In this document: piece after piece, positions 55,347 to 64,000 of the stretch
Layout of the letters: each line of letters begins with the position of its first letter
Numbering within the stretch: position 1 is the first letter of the stretch
DNA from: a virus
IMG/VR virus record: IMGVR_UViG_3300037245_003526
Coordinates: 24,297 to 88,296 of that record
Reading direction: 5' to 3' (one strand)
DNA: 64,000 bases
Translations under genes and position numbers: made by a program
Notes under the pieces: generated by a model
The model's input: the letters and a program-made list of their open reading frames with translations, nothing else
Told to the model about the DNA's origin: nothing
The model's database searches: none

Positions 55347-56240
55347 CTACCTAAAGATTATTTTTGATATCTCCATAATTTTGGCAAATTCTCCTTCATT
55401 ATTTCTATAGTATGCTGCTGAAGCTACTGCTGGGGTTACCCCAGGAACATTACTTGCTGTCATAACAGAAATAAATCTTGAACAATCTTCTAAAACAGGT
55501 AAAAAACCAACCCCTAAAAATCTATATATTTTTGAAGCAAAATTATATTTACCTATTCCTGGGAGTACTTTAAAATCTGATAATGCTCTAATGAACTCAT
55601 TGATATTAGAAAAATCATATTTCTTAAGTTCATTAAGTTCATCCACATAACTATATCCAGATGCCATTGTAGATAATCTAAATGATTCTTCTCCTTTAAT
55701 TCCAAAAAATGATGTTAGTATATAACAACTAATAAAAAATTTAAACTTTGGAATTTGAGTAGAATATATTCCAAGTAGTCCATACTCTTTTCCAAATATT
55801 TTAACAAATGTTGATAATATATATGAAACTATTACTTGAGCAAATCTATCAGGAACAGTAGCTTTTTTAGTAACCAATTTTTTAAAGCAAACACCATAAA
55901 CTAAACTAGCATATAAATCTCTTGGACTTGGATTTGTTGGAGATATATCTCTTACACCAAATGAACTTAGATTTATAATAATACTTTTAGTTGGTTTATT
56001 ATATGACACTGGTAAAGAATAACCAGCTAAATATACAATATTAAATTCTTCTTTTTTACTTTTTAAAAGAGAATAAACTGATTTTTTAGTAAAATGATCA
56101 ATTCGTGATTCCATAAGATCCATAACTGATCGAACTTTTTCCGGACCATTTTTAATTGAATTAGCTCTAATAACACCAGGTGTTAAACTTAGAACATTTG
56201 AAATGTCTTTTAATAAAACAAATTTATCTTTTATAATCAT
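55347..56240 (-). CDS. Hypothetical protein in a probable structural cluster.
   Basis: 297-aa ORF. Confidence 0.35.
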   Translation of the reverse strand: MIIKDKFVLLKDISNVLSLTPGVIRANSIKNGPEKVRSVMDLMESRIDHFTKKSVYSLLKSKKEEFNIVYLAGYSLPVSYNKPTKSIIINLSSFGVRDISPTNPSPRDLYASLVYGVCFKKLVTKKATVPDRFAQVIVSYILSTFVKIFGKEYGLLGIYSTQIPKFKFFISCYILTSFFGIKGEESFRLSTMASGYSYVDELNELKKYDFSNINEFIRALSDFKVLPGIGKYNFASKIYRFLGVGFLPVLEDCSRFISVMTASNVPGVTPAVASAAYYRNNEGEFAKIMEISKIIFR

Positions 56241-56241
56241 T

Positions 56242-56622
56242 TTACCAATCTATTTCCTCTGAGGCAGTTTTTGAAAATTTATCCTCTGTAACCTTTATTA
56301 TAGCTGAGAATTTTGGAATAATAACTTCATTTAAACTAAATTCTTCAATTGACATAACTCCATTTACATACATAAGAAGAGGTGCTAAAACTACTGTGTT
56401 ATACTCATCCCAACTTAAATAATCCGGTCTCATTATATACTTAGATTCAAAGTCTCTTTTTTCGGAATGTCTTAATAAATAGAAAAGATTTTTTTCAAGA
56501 GCCCATAAACTTGGCGAGGTGAATGTAAAATACCCATTAGTAGTTTTATAGCGGTCACCCATAAAATCTATATCTATAGGTAGGTCTTTATTTCTCTTAC
56601 TTATTTGATCTATTGTATCCAT
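56242..56622 (-). CDS. Hypothetical protein.
   Basis: 126-aa ORF. Confidence 0.3.
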   Translation of the reverse strand: MDTIDQISKRNKDLPIDIDFMGDRYKTTNGYFTFTSPSLWALEKNLFYLLRHSEKRDFESKYIMRPDYLSWDEYNTVVLAPLLMYVNGVMSIEEFSLNEVIIPKFSAIIKVTEDKFSKTASEEIDW

Positions 56623-57226
56623 TTACACTCCCAGGATAATTATCTCTTGACCATGAACAATTACCTTCATTAACTGAAAGTCTCTGATTAATAGTATCAA
56701 GATCATCATCGTCCATATGAGAAGAGTAATCATTTACAAATTGTGTATAATTTCCTTTAATCAATTCTATAGGTATTGATAAAAAACCATTATGAAATTT
56801 TTCATGTATTGATTTTATAAGAGTTATATACCCAACCCTATTTTGAAAATGTATTTCAATAGCTTCTCTTGCAATATCAAAAGAGCAAAATTCTTCTTCT
56901 TTTTCTATTTTTTCATTTATAATAGATTTAACAAGTACAAATAATGATGGAAGATGATGATGTACTTCTATAGTACATTGATCCATTCTCTCTTCAGTAA
57001 TCATACATGTATTTATACCCAATATATCTATAATATAATTTTTCCAATGTCTATATTCAACACTATTTCTTACATTTCTTTCACATGCTTTTATAAATTT
57101 AATATACTCTGATTCATTTTCAAAATTTCTCACTCTCAATGGAAGACGAAATGGATATTGATCACTATATAATTCTAGTCCCTCAATATTAGATTTTACT
57201 TCAGTATCATCTTTATCTTTTTCCAT
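56597..57226 (-). CDS. Hypothetical protein.
   Basis: 209-aa ORF. Confidence 0.35.
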   Translation of the reverse strand: MEKDKDDTEVKSNIEGLELYSDQYPFRLPLRVRNFENESEYIKFIKACERNVRNSVEYRHWKNYIIDILGINTCMITEERMDQCTIEVHHHLPSLFVLVKSIINEKIEKEEEFCSFDIAREAIEIHFQNRVGYITLIKSIHEKFHNGFLSIPIELIKGNYTQFVNDYSSHMDDDDLDTINQRLSVNEGNCSWSRDNYPGSVNGYNRSNK

Positions 57227-57235
57227 ATTTTACTC

Positions 57236-59029
57236 CTAATATGCAGCTTGAGTTATACTGTCGCCACCTTTTTTATTAGTTGATATTGATGATACTATTG
57301 ATGAAGCCATCCAAGCAACAGAAATTAGAAATACTATAAAAATTAAAGTATGTATACCACCAAAGAAAGAATCAAAAATAGCTGAAAGATTAATAGCTAT
57401 ACCGTATCCAGCAGTTCCTATACCAGCAATTAATACAGTTGCAAAAATAAGAGCAATAATTAATTCCTTATCCCAATCATTATCTCCTTGTTTAATTGAT
57501 TTAGGAATATTACTTCTAGTTTTTATTACAATTCTCTTTAGAAGATCAGAAGCTTTTTTCTTATCTTTACATTGTATAGCAATTAAAGATGCAACACCGT
57601 CCGCTACTTTATCAGGAACGCCAGGTAGTGAATTTTTAAGAACTTTAATTGAAAATCTATGTATATTATTAAAGTTTTTTATTTTTTTTGCAGAATATCT
57701 TTTAATACCATCCATTGAAACTTGTGGTATGTTTGTTGATTTTATAAGTTTCTGAAATCTAATAAAATCTTTTGATTCAACAGCACCTTTCAAATTAGTA
57801 ATAAATCTTTTTGCTGAAGTGCTTGAAGGAAAATATTTTTTAGCTTTTTCATATGCATCGCCAATAATACCTTCTTCTAAAAATTCTTCCTCTAAAACTT
57901 CTTCCTTAATAAATTTGTTTGGATAATATTTTCTTAATTTTTCTAATGCAAGATCGTCTTTTAGTAACATTTTATTTACTCTCCCTCTTACTCTAAATAA
58001 AGGTCCAGAAGATCTCTTTATATCTTCTATATCTTTAAAAGCTGTTCCCATCTCCTTACTAATAGATGAATATAAATATGAATGATTAGTTATCGAACAC
58101 ATTCCCCTAAACTCTTTCATACAAAATATAGTTCGTGCATTTACATCATCATTAATTATAAATGAACTCCAACCTAAAGAATATAATCTTTTTACAGAAC
58201 CAGCGTCTAATAAAAAATCTTTTTTAAGATCAACATTATTAAGCATTACAAATAAATCTTTTTTGTAATCAGTTAATCCTAAAACAATATCTTTCTTCCA
58301 ATTACCTGATAGAGTTCCTTTATAAAGCTCAGAACCAACAAAACCAGTCCATCCTAACGCAGGCGCAACAGTTACCTTCCATATTCTATTAGCTATCCCA
58401 TACATAAATCTTAAAATTTTTCTAGATTGTATATGAATATTTGCTGCAAAACTAGATCTATTTTTATCATTCATCATCAATTGAATAAGCGATGTATCAT
58501 TTTGAATAACAAATGGTACTACCTTAACTCCAAGTATTTGTGTACCAGTATCCTCAACAGAAATTTGAATATAAGTTGGTTCAACAGTAAGTGTATCACC
58601 TTGAGTTTTTCCAACCTTAATTGTTTCTTGTCTTGGAGGTATAGCTTTTATTGGTGTCGAAGCTGGTGGAACTGTAATGCTAATTGGTCTTTCCCCAGAT
58701 GGTCTCATAGTAGTAGGAGTTTTTTTCTTTTCTTTAGAATCTCCGAATTTCAGATTGAATTGATCTTCCTTATCCTTATCTGCTTCAATAACTACATTTT
58801 CTAATCTAAACATTCCTGCTGCTTTAGTTGAGATTATTTTGATTGCCTTACCACTTTTTCCTATTAAACCACCTTTACCTTTAGCTTTCTTTGCGAGATT
58901 TTTATTTACGGAATCGAATAATGAATCTTGTCTATAAACTAATATATATTTCTCCAGAGCTTTACAAACACCAGGTAGTACATCTGGACTAATTGTTTTT
59001 GAAACAATTAAAGGGTATATAACTATCAT
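57236..59029 (-). CDS. Large protein with C-terminal transmembrane helices, possibly a virion or injection-associated protein.
   Basis: 597 aa. Its last 70 aa form two hydrophobic helices. Confidence 0.4.
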   Translation of the reverse strand: MIVIYPLIVSKTISPDVLPGVCKALEKYILVYRQDSLFDSVNKNLAKKAKGKGGLIGKSGKAIKIISTKAAGMFRLENVVIEADKDKEDQFNLKFGDSKEKKKTPTTMRPSGERPISITVPPASTPIKAIPPRQETIKVGKTQGDTLTVEPTYIQISVEDTGTQILGVKVVPFVIQNDTSLIQLMMNDKNRSSFAANIHIQSRKILRFMYGIANRIWKVTVAPALGWTGFVGSELYKGTLSGNWKKDIVLGLTDYKKDLFVMLNNVDLKKDFLLDAGSVKRLYSLGWSSFIINDDVNARTIFCMKEFRGMCSITNHSYLYSSISKEMGTAFKDIEDIKRSSGPLFRVRGRVNKMLLKDDLALEKLRKYYPNKFIKEEVLEEEFLEEGIIGDAYEKAKKYFPSSTSAKRFITNLKGAVESKDFIRFQKLIKSTNIPQVSMDGIKRYSAKKIKNFNNIHRFSIKVLKNSLPGVPDKVADGVASLIAIQCKDKKKASDLLKRIVIKTRSNIPKSIKQGDNDWDKELIIALIFATVLIAGIGTAGYGIAINLSAIFDSFFGGIHTLIFIVFLISVAWMASSIVSSISTNKKGGDSITQAAY

Positions 59030-59045
59030 AATTTATCTCCAAAGC

Positions 59046-59945
59046 CTATAATAAAAATACTGGGCTAACATCCTTAGGTTTAGAGCTTTTCTCTATTTTT
59101 TGTGTAATATTATTACCATCTTCTTTACAATACTTTTTGTAGAGACACCATTTACATTGCTCTTTATCTGCTCCTATTGGATCAGGAACAACTTTATCAA
59201 CAAGACAAGTTTTAATAACTCTAGCTCTTTTTAAAAATTTCAATCCCAATTCATGATTAACAGGAACATCAAAAGGAATAATTCGTTTTAGATTTCTTAT
59301 AATGTAAACGATAGTAATTGTATCAATTTTATAATTATACTCAGTATTAAGAATATAACTATAAATAACACCTTGATGGTAATGAATATCAAGGTATGTA
59401 TTTTTAAATTTGTCAATATCTATAGATTTATATTCGATTAAAAAATTATCTCTTAAGTCATCAATTCTACCTTTAACTTTAAATTTTTCACTAATAATAC
59501 TTTTTTCAGATTCATTATTTGACAAATCTTGAATTATATTATGTATTTCAGTTCCAATTTTATTAATCAAATATAAATATGAAAACGAATAGAGCTTATT
59601 AAGATCTATTTCATATTTCATTCTATCATAATAAACTTTTCGCGAACATGAAATTAGCTCTGTTACTGAAATAAAAGGACGCTCATAACTTTGCCGTCTT
59701 TTATGTTCATCAATAAGTTTTGACCTCATTAAAGCTTCAAACTTATGAACATCAAACCCTTTTGATGATTTAATATATCTTTCAAACTTAACATCAGAAT
59801 GAATATCTTTTAAGGATACTATGGAATTATCGGTTGATTCTTTAGAAACTTCTCCAATAGGAATTGGTTTAGATTCCTTTTGAAGAAGTTTCTCTTTTTT
59901 TAAGTACGTTAATAAGTCTTCATATTTATTATTCAGTGAGCTCAT
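59046..59945 (-). CDS. Cas4-like PD-(D/E)xK nuclease with a 4-Cys (Fe-S) cluster.
   Basis: N-terminal ELISCSRKVYY, then GRIDDL and IEYKS (D...ExK), and C-terminal CKWCLYKKYC. This is the same arrangement as Cas4/AddB. Confidence 0.6.
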   Translation of the reverse strand: MSSLNNKYEDLLTYLKKEKLLQKESKPIPIGEVSKESTDNSIVSLKDIHSDVKFERYIKSSKGFDVHKFEALMRSKLIDEHKRRQSYERPFISVTELISCSRKVYYDRMKYEIDLNKLYSFSYLYLINKIGTEIHNIIQDLSNNESEKSIISEKFKVKGRIDDLRDNFLIEYKSIDIDKFKNTYLDIHYHQGVIYSYILNTEYNYKIDTITIVYIIRNLKRIIPFDVPVNHELGLKFLKRARVIKTCLVDKVVPDPIGADKEQCKWCLYKKYCKEDGNNITQKIEKSSKPKDVSPVFLL

Positions 59946-60492
59946 TAGCCTCCTGAATAAATAGTGCGCTTTCTACAAGACTATCGCGAAGAACTTTATA
60001 AGCATCTTCTACAAGTTCACCTTCCCAATCATTTAAAACTTCTGGAGTATCAGTTTCTGTCAGAGCTCTTCCCATTAGAAGGTTATCTATAGCTAATCCG
60101 AATGCTTTTTGCTGAATTTTTTCTTTAACGATATCTTCGATTATTAAGTTTTCATCTTCTTCAATTGCAATTTGAAGTTCAGCTTTTATATCCTTTTTTC
60201 CTTGCTCAGTTTTAACTAGTTCTTCTGCATTTTCTCTAGCAACTTTAGCATTTTCTTTGCTTGTATGTCTAAGATCTTCAGTACTTACTTCCATATCTAC
60301 TGCTTCAGGTTTATGTCCTATTAAACCATACATCTCAATCATTAGAGACATTAAAGCACCTTTAACTCCAATATATTCTTCAATCAAACCTGGGCAGCAA
60401 CCACTCATTTCTGCAACTGGTTTTCCAAAAAATACGTAGTCAAGTGAATAAAAGTTTTCAAGAACCCTTATTTTACTTTCTTTTTGTAACAT
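59929..60492 (-). CDS. Hypothetical acidic protein.
   Basis: 187-aa ORF. Confidence 0.35.
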   Translation of the reverse strand: MLQKESKIRVLENFYSLDYVFFGKPVAEMSGCCPGLIEEYIGVKGALMSLMIEMYGLIGHKPEAVDMEVSTEDLRHTSKENAKVARENAEELVKTEQGKKDIKAELQIAIEEDENLIIEDIVKEKIQQKAFGLAIDNLLMGRALTETDTPEVLNDWEGELVEDAYKVLRDSLVESALFIQEANELTE

Positions 60493-60506
60493 GATAAAAT
60501 TCCCCC

Positions 60507-60803
60507 TTATTCTAGGTCTAAGAAACTTGCCGTTTCATCCTCAATTATTTCTAGTGAAACTCTTCTTGTATCACTAGGAAAATGTGTGTTCTTTATAGCA
60601 AGAGTTATAGTTTTTAAACTATCAATAGTTCTACCTTTCTTCCCTATAATCTTGCCAAGATCACTTTTTAAACTCTTTATTTGAATTATTACATTTTTAG
60701 TCGAAACTGTCGCTATTATTTTTATTTCATCTGGGTTGTCAACAAGAAGTTTAACAGTTTTAGTGACATACTCCTCCAAAACTTCCGACATTTTTTTCTG
60801 CAT
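60507..60803 (-). CDS. KH-domain-like small RNA-binding protein.
   Basis: LGKIIGKKGRTIDSLK fits the KH motif IGxxGxxI. Confidence 0.4.
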   Translation of the reverse strand: MQKKMSEVLEEYVTKTVKLLVDNPDEIKIIATVSTKNVIIQIKSLKSDLGKIIGKKGRTIDSLKTITLAIKNTHFPSDTRRVSLEIIEDETASFLDLE

Positions 60804-60888
60804 AACTCTTCCTCCTTCAATAGTAAACCAAGTAACATAATTCCATTTGTAATTTGTTCTATAAATTTACTATTGAAGGAAGTTACTA

Positions 60889-62118
60889 CTATTCAATTAT
60901 AGGGTTCAGTCTATCAACTATCTCATTCTTAATTACTTCATCTACAGCATCATCAAATGTTTTCTTAAATTTAGGATCGCTTTTATAAAGATTTTCTGCT
61001 TCCTTTGCTCTAAACTTTCTCTGCTCTGGATCATTAACAATATGTAACCATCCTCCGGGAGCTTTTATTCTTTTCTGTTCTCTTAAAAATAAAAATGAAG
61101 TCCAGAAGTCTGAAAAACCTGTAACAAATGATCCTACCAAATTGATCTCTTGATTCGGTGGAAATAATTTACACTTTATAGTTTTACATTTTATAATAAC
61201 ACCTTCAAATCCATATAATTCAGGATCCATATTTCCACCAGGTCTCATTTCAAGCATAGTAAAAGCATTATATTTTAATGATTGACCACCAGGTACTGTT
61301 TTACCAGCAGTTAAAAATTTCAAATCTTTTGGAGGAGTATATGTAGTCAATTTTAACTCATCCCTAAGTTGATTTATTGCTACCCATGCAATCGAATATT
61401 GGGCACATTTTGCGAGATATTTTGGAACTAACATTGATAATAATCTTGCCTTGAATCCAATAACCTTATTTACATCCTCTGCTTCTCTTTCCTTTTCAGA
61501 TAAAGTATTAGCTATTGAATCCCATACCATTATAGAAGGTACCTTTTGCATTTCTTTCAATTCTTTGAAGATACATGTAGTTTCTAAATGTTTAAAAATC
61601 TTTTCAATAGTACAATCACTATATGGTTTAATTTTTGGATATCTAACACCTAAATTTGATAACCGTACTGAGGTTGTAGCTTCCTCCGAGTCAAGATAAG
61701 ATGCTAAAAAGTTTTTAAATTTTAACTGACCTGATCCTATTGTCTGGATAGCAAGCATTGACTTTCCACTTCCTGGTGTTCCTACGATTTGACTCATAGC
61801 ACCTACTGGAAAACCTCCACCAATATAAGCATTTAATATTTTTATTGGAGTTGGTACAACTATTTTAGTTCCAGAATCAGGAAGTAACTTTGCCTTTACT
61901 TTTAGAAACTTACCAAATTCACTATATAAGTCATCAATTACTGCCTCTGGTTTTAAAGGTTCTACCTCATCTGAATCTGTTTCAACCTTTATAGACTTCA
62001 TTGTGTCATTCAAATCTTCGGCTGTAACATCTGCAGGACCTTCTTGTTCATCCATTTCTTTTTGTAATTTCTTTTCTACATCATCTAATTCATATTCATC
62101 TTTTTTGTCAGTATTCAT
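60889..62118 (-). CDS. RecA/UvsX-family recombinase.
   Basis: [31 protein letters not shown] parallels the RecA motif [32 protein letters not shown] parallels the RecA INQ(I/L)R loop. Confidence 0.7.
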   Translation of the reverse strand: [409 protein letters not shown]

Positions 62119-62625
62119 TTATACTCCTTTTGCATTTAGATTTTCTTCTAGTGATTCGGATATTGTTTCATCTTCAGATTTTGGAATATTTAATTCTCTC
62201 TTATCAATAATACTAATAGGAGTTTTTTTCTTTGTTGTTTTCTTTTTCTTGGTTATTTTATCTTCTACTTTTATTTTCTTTCTATGAAGATGTTCAACTT
62301 TCTTTGCTAAATCTCTAACGTTAAATAAACTATCTAAATCATCCTCTCCAGCAACCTTAACCTTGCGGCGAATATCTATTTCATCTTTCATAGTTTTAAT
62401 TAATTCTTTTCTAACGTCTAAGAGTACATTAAGAAGTGATACAGCAGTCTTAATTTTTTCTTCAAAAAATCTCTGATATCTAGCATCTAATTTAGTAGGA
62501 AATAATTTATTAATATCAGCCTTAAGATCTTCAACATCTTTAATCATTTCTTTTAGAGCATCTCTTTGATTTTGAAAATCTCCTAATAATTCATCAATTA
62601 CTTCATGGTTAGATTTTCCGTCCAT
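62119..62625 (-). CDS. Hypothetical coiled-coil protein.
   Basis: 168 aa, K/E rich. Confidence 0.3.
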   Translation of the reverse strand: MDGKSNHEVIDELLGDFQNQRDALKEMIKDVEDLKADINKLFPTKLDARYQRFFEEKIKTAVSLLNVLLDVRKELIKTMKDEIDIRRKVKVAGEDDLDSLFNVRDLAKKVEHLHRKKIKVEDKITKKKKTTKKKTPISIIDKRELNIPKSEDETISESLEENLNAKGV

Positions 62626-62835
62626 TTAACTCTCCATTATTACTTTCATTTTTCCAGTTTGATCAAGGTTACTTCGTATATGACCAGACTCAATAATATT
62701 TCCACCAGCATCAACAAATTCGCATGTGAATATATTTTCTCTGTCTGTACTTGCTCCGAGGCATGATCCATCCTTATTATATTTACATTTTATTGCGTGT
62801 GGACATCCTTCTTTTTCTTTTAGAACTATAGTCAT
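62626..62835 (-). CDS. Small Cys-rich protein in frame with, and 4 codons downstream of, the RNR ORF stop.
   Basis: CPHAIKC...C...C. It has its own strong ribosome-binding site, AGGAGAAATAAA-ATG. Confidence 0.3.
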   Translation of the reverse strand: MTIVLKEKEGCPHAIKCKYNKDGSCLGASTDRENIFTCEFVDAGGNIIESGHIRSNLDQTGKMKVIMES

Positions 62836-62847
62836 TTTATTTCTCCT

Positions 62848-63891
62848 TTATATTTCACATGATCCAGTTGCACATTGTACATCTTCCATTTTAAATGAAT
62901 TATCAACTTTCTTATTTAAATTCAAATGTTGTTTAACTTTATCTTCAGACATTACTGTTAGAGGTTGACCTTCTCTACAACCATCTCTATATACAGTTAC
63001 ACCTTTTAAATCCTTTACGGATTCAAGAAGAAGAGAATCTAAATCATTAATTGTTGTATCATGAGGAAGATTAATGGTTTTTGAAACTGCTGCATCCACA
63101 TGTTTTTGAACTGTTTGTTGCATTTCAAAATGATCCTTTGGTTGAATATCAAAAGAATCTACAAACCACTCTGGAATTTCCTCTCCTGATTTTAATAATT
63201 CCATATATCTTGGATGAATATATTCTCTTTTAGATACCCTATCTTTTCTTTCATAAGCTTTAGAAAATAGAGGTTCAATTCCACTTGTATAATCTGTCAA
63301 TAAACTTATAGTTCCTGTTGGAGCAAAACTTAAACAAGTAACATTTCGTATTCCTTTTTCCTTAATATCCATTCGCATAGATAAAGGAAGTTTTCTTACA
63401 AATGATGCTTTACTATAAGGTACAGGTTCAAATTTAGTAAATGCTCCCTTTTCAACAGCAAGTTCAATTGAAGCTTGATAAGCGCATTCTTTAACAAATT
63501 TAACCAATCTATCAACCTCAGCTAAAGCTTTTTCTGACCCATATCTTAAACCTTTAGAAAATAAATATTCAGCAAGACCAAGAACTCCTAATCCAATTCT
63601 TCTTGAGTTATGAGCTTTAATATCATTTTCTTTAAGTACATATTTATTCATTTCTATTACATTATCAAGAAATCTTATAGCTAATTTAATAGTATTTTCT
63701 AATTTTATCCAATTAGTATTAACATTGGTTATAAAACTAGGTAGTACTAATGAACCTAAACAACATATATCATGAGGTGATAAAACAGCTTCTCCACAAG
63801 GATTTGTAGATACTACTGGATCATAATAATAAGAATTATTTTTAAATAAATTTGAAAAGTTTAATAGACCTGGTTCAGCATGATTTAACAT
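62848..63891 (-). CDS. nrdJ: C-terminal portion of a class II (adenosylcobalamin-type) ribonucleotide reductase.
   Basis: AEPGLL...NPCGEAVLSPHDICCLGS is the class II active-site Cys motif NPCGE. TVYRDGCREGQ matches TVYRDGSR. The ORF is only 347 aa, and an in-frame stop at 63975-63977 lies upstream of its Met. Confidence 0.55.
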   Translation of the reverse strand: MLNHAEPGLLNFSNLFKNNSYYYDPVVSTNPCGEAVLSPHDICCLGSLVLPSFITNVNTNWIKLENTIKLAIRFLDNVIEMNKYVLKENDIKAHNSRRIGLGVLGLAEYLFSKGLRYGSEKALAEVDRLVKFVKECAYQASIELAVEKGAFTKFEPVPYSKASFVRKLPLSMRMDIKEKGIRNVTCLSFAPTGTISLLTDYTSGIEPLFSKAYERKDRVSKREYIHPRYMELLKSGEEIPEWFVDSFDIQPKDHFEMQQTVQKHVDAAVSKTINLPHDTTINDLDSLLLESVKDLKGVTVYRDGCREGQPLTVMSEDKVKQHLNLNKKVDNSFKMEDVQCATGSCEI

Positions 63892-64000
63892 ATTTTTAAC
63901 AATTTTATTCCATATAAATCTTGCCTTTTCTTTTCCATAAGTTCTTTGCTTAAATTTAAATTCCCAGTCTTTATCTAATTCAACTGCTTCTAAAAATTGA

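Noticed and set aside
1249-62968. All plus-strand ORFs in the six-frame track, for example 1249-1449, 2119-2313, 3971-4192, 5416-5628, 15198-15416, 24044-24385, 28662-29045, 54046-54429 and 58427-58804.
   Set aside because: Each lies entirely antisense inside a longer minus-strand gene that has recognisable motifs. They are low-complexity, have no ribosome-binding sites, and look like AT-rich frame artefacts.

Overview
This is an AT-rich window (roughly 27-30% GC by eye) that is almost entirely coding and looks like a tailed-phage genome segment, probably from a jumbo phage. Every supportable gene lies on the minus strand in tightly packed, often overlapping operons. Most have strong GGAGG-type ribosome-binding sites, which points to a low-GC Gram-positive host. 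No rRNA, CRISPR array or integrase-type mobile element was seen.

Recognisable content:
- Two separate sets of multisubunit RNA polymerase genes: beta and beta-prime at 6493-12672 and a second pair at 45055-52522.
- A DNA metabolism and recombination module: SbcC/SbcD, an SF2 DExH helicase, the two subunits of a type II topoisomerase, a RecA/UvsX-like recombinase, a Cas4-like PD-(D/E)xK nuclease, a class II RNR fragment and a QueD homolog.
- A MoxR AAA+ ATPase next to a vWA protein carrying an HExxH motif.
- A gp5-like tail spike with an adjacent T7-lysozyme-type amidase.
- A protein with an internal type IV prepilin motif, an SPFH/flotillin-like membrane protein, and a tRNA-like element that is too long to be canonical.

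The two most unusual items:
1. Between a large 861-aa gene and RNAP beta-prime (12673-17214) sits a compact operon encoding two ThiF/E1-like proteins (one with a degenerate ATP motif), a JAB/JAMM metalloprotease, a SAP-domain protein whose C-terminus resembles a ThiS/MoaD beta-grasp, a weak E2-like candidate and a small protein ending in Gly-Gly. This is a candidate phage-encoded ubiquitin-like conjugation system.
2. Six dispersed paralogs share a conserved N-terminal 17-residue block, MK(I/L/Y)(K/R)GDF(V/I)TNSSS(T/V)(S/T)(F/Y), ahead of unrelated and variable C-terminal regions. Two of the loci sit directly beside radical-SAM enzymes with Cys-rich SPASM-like tails.

All functional calls come from motif reading only. 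No database search was run.
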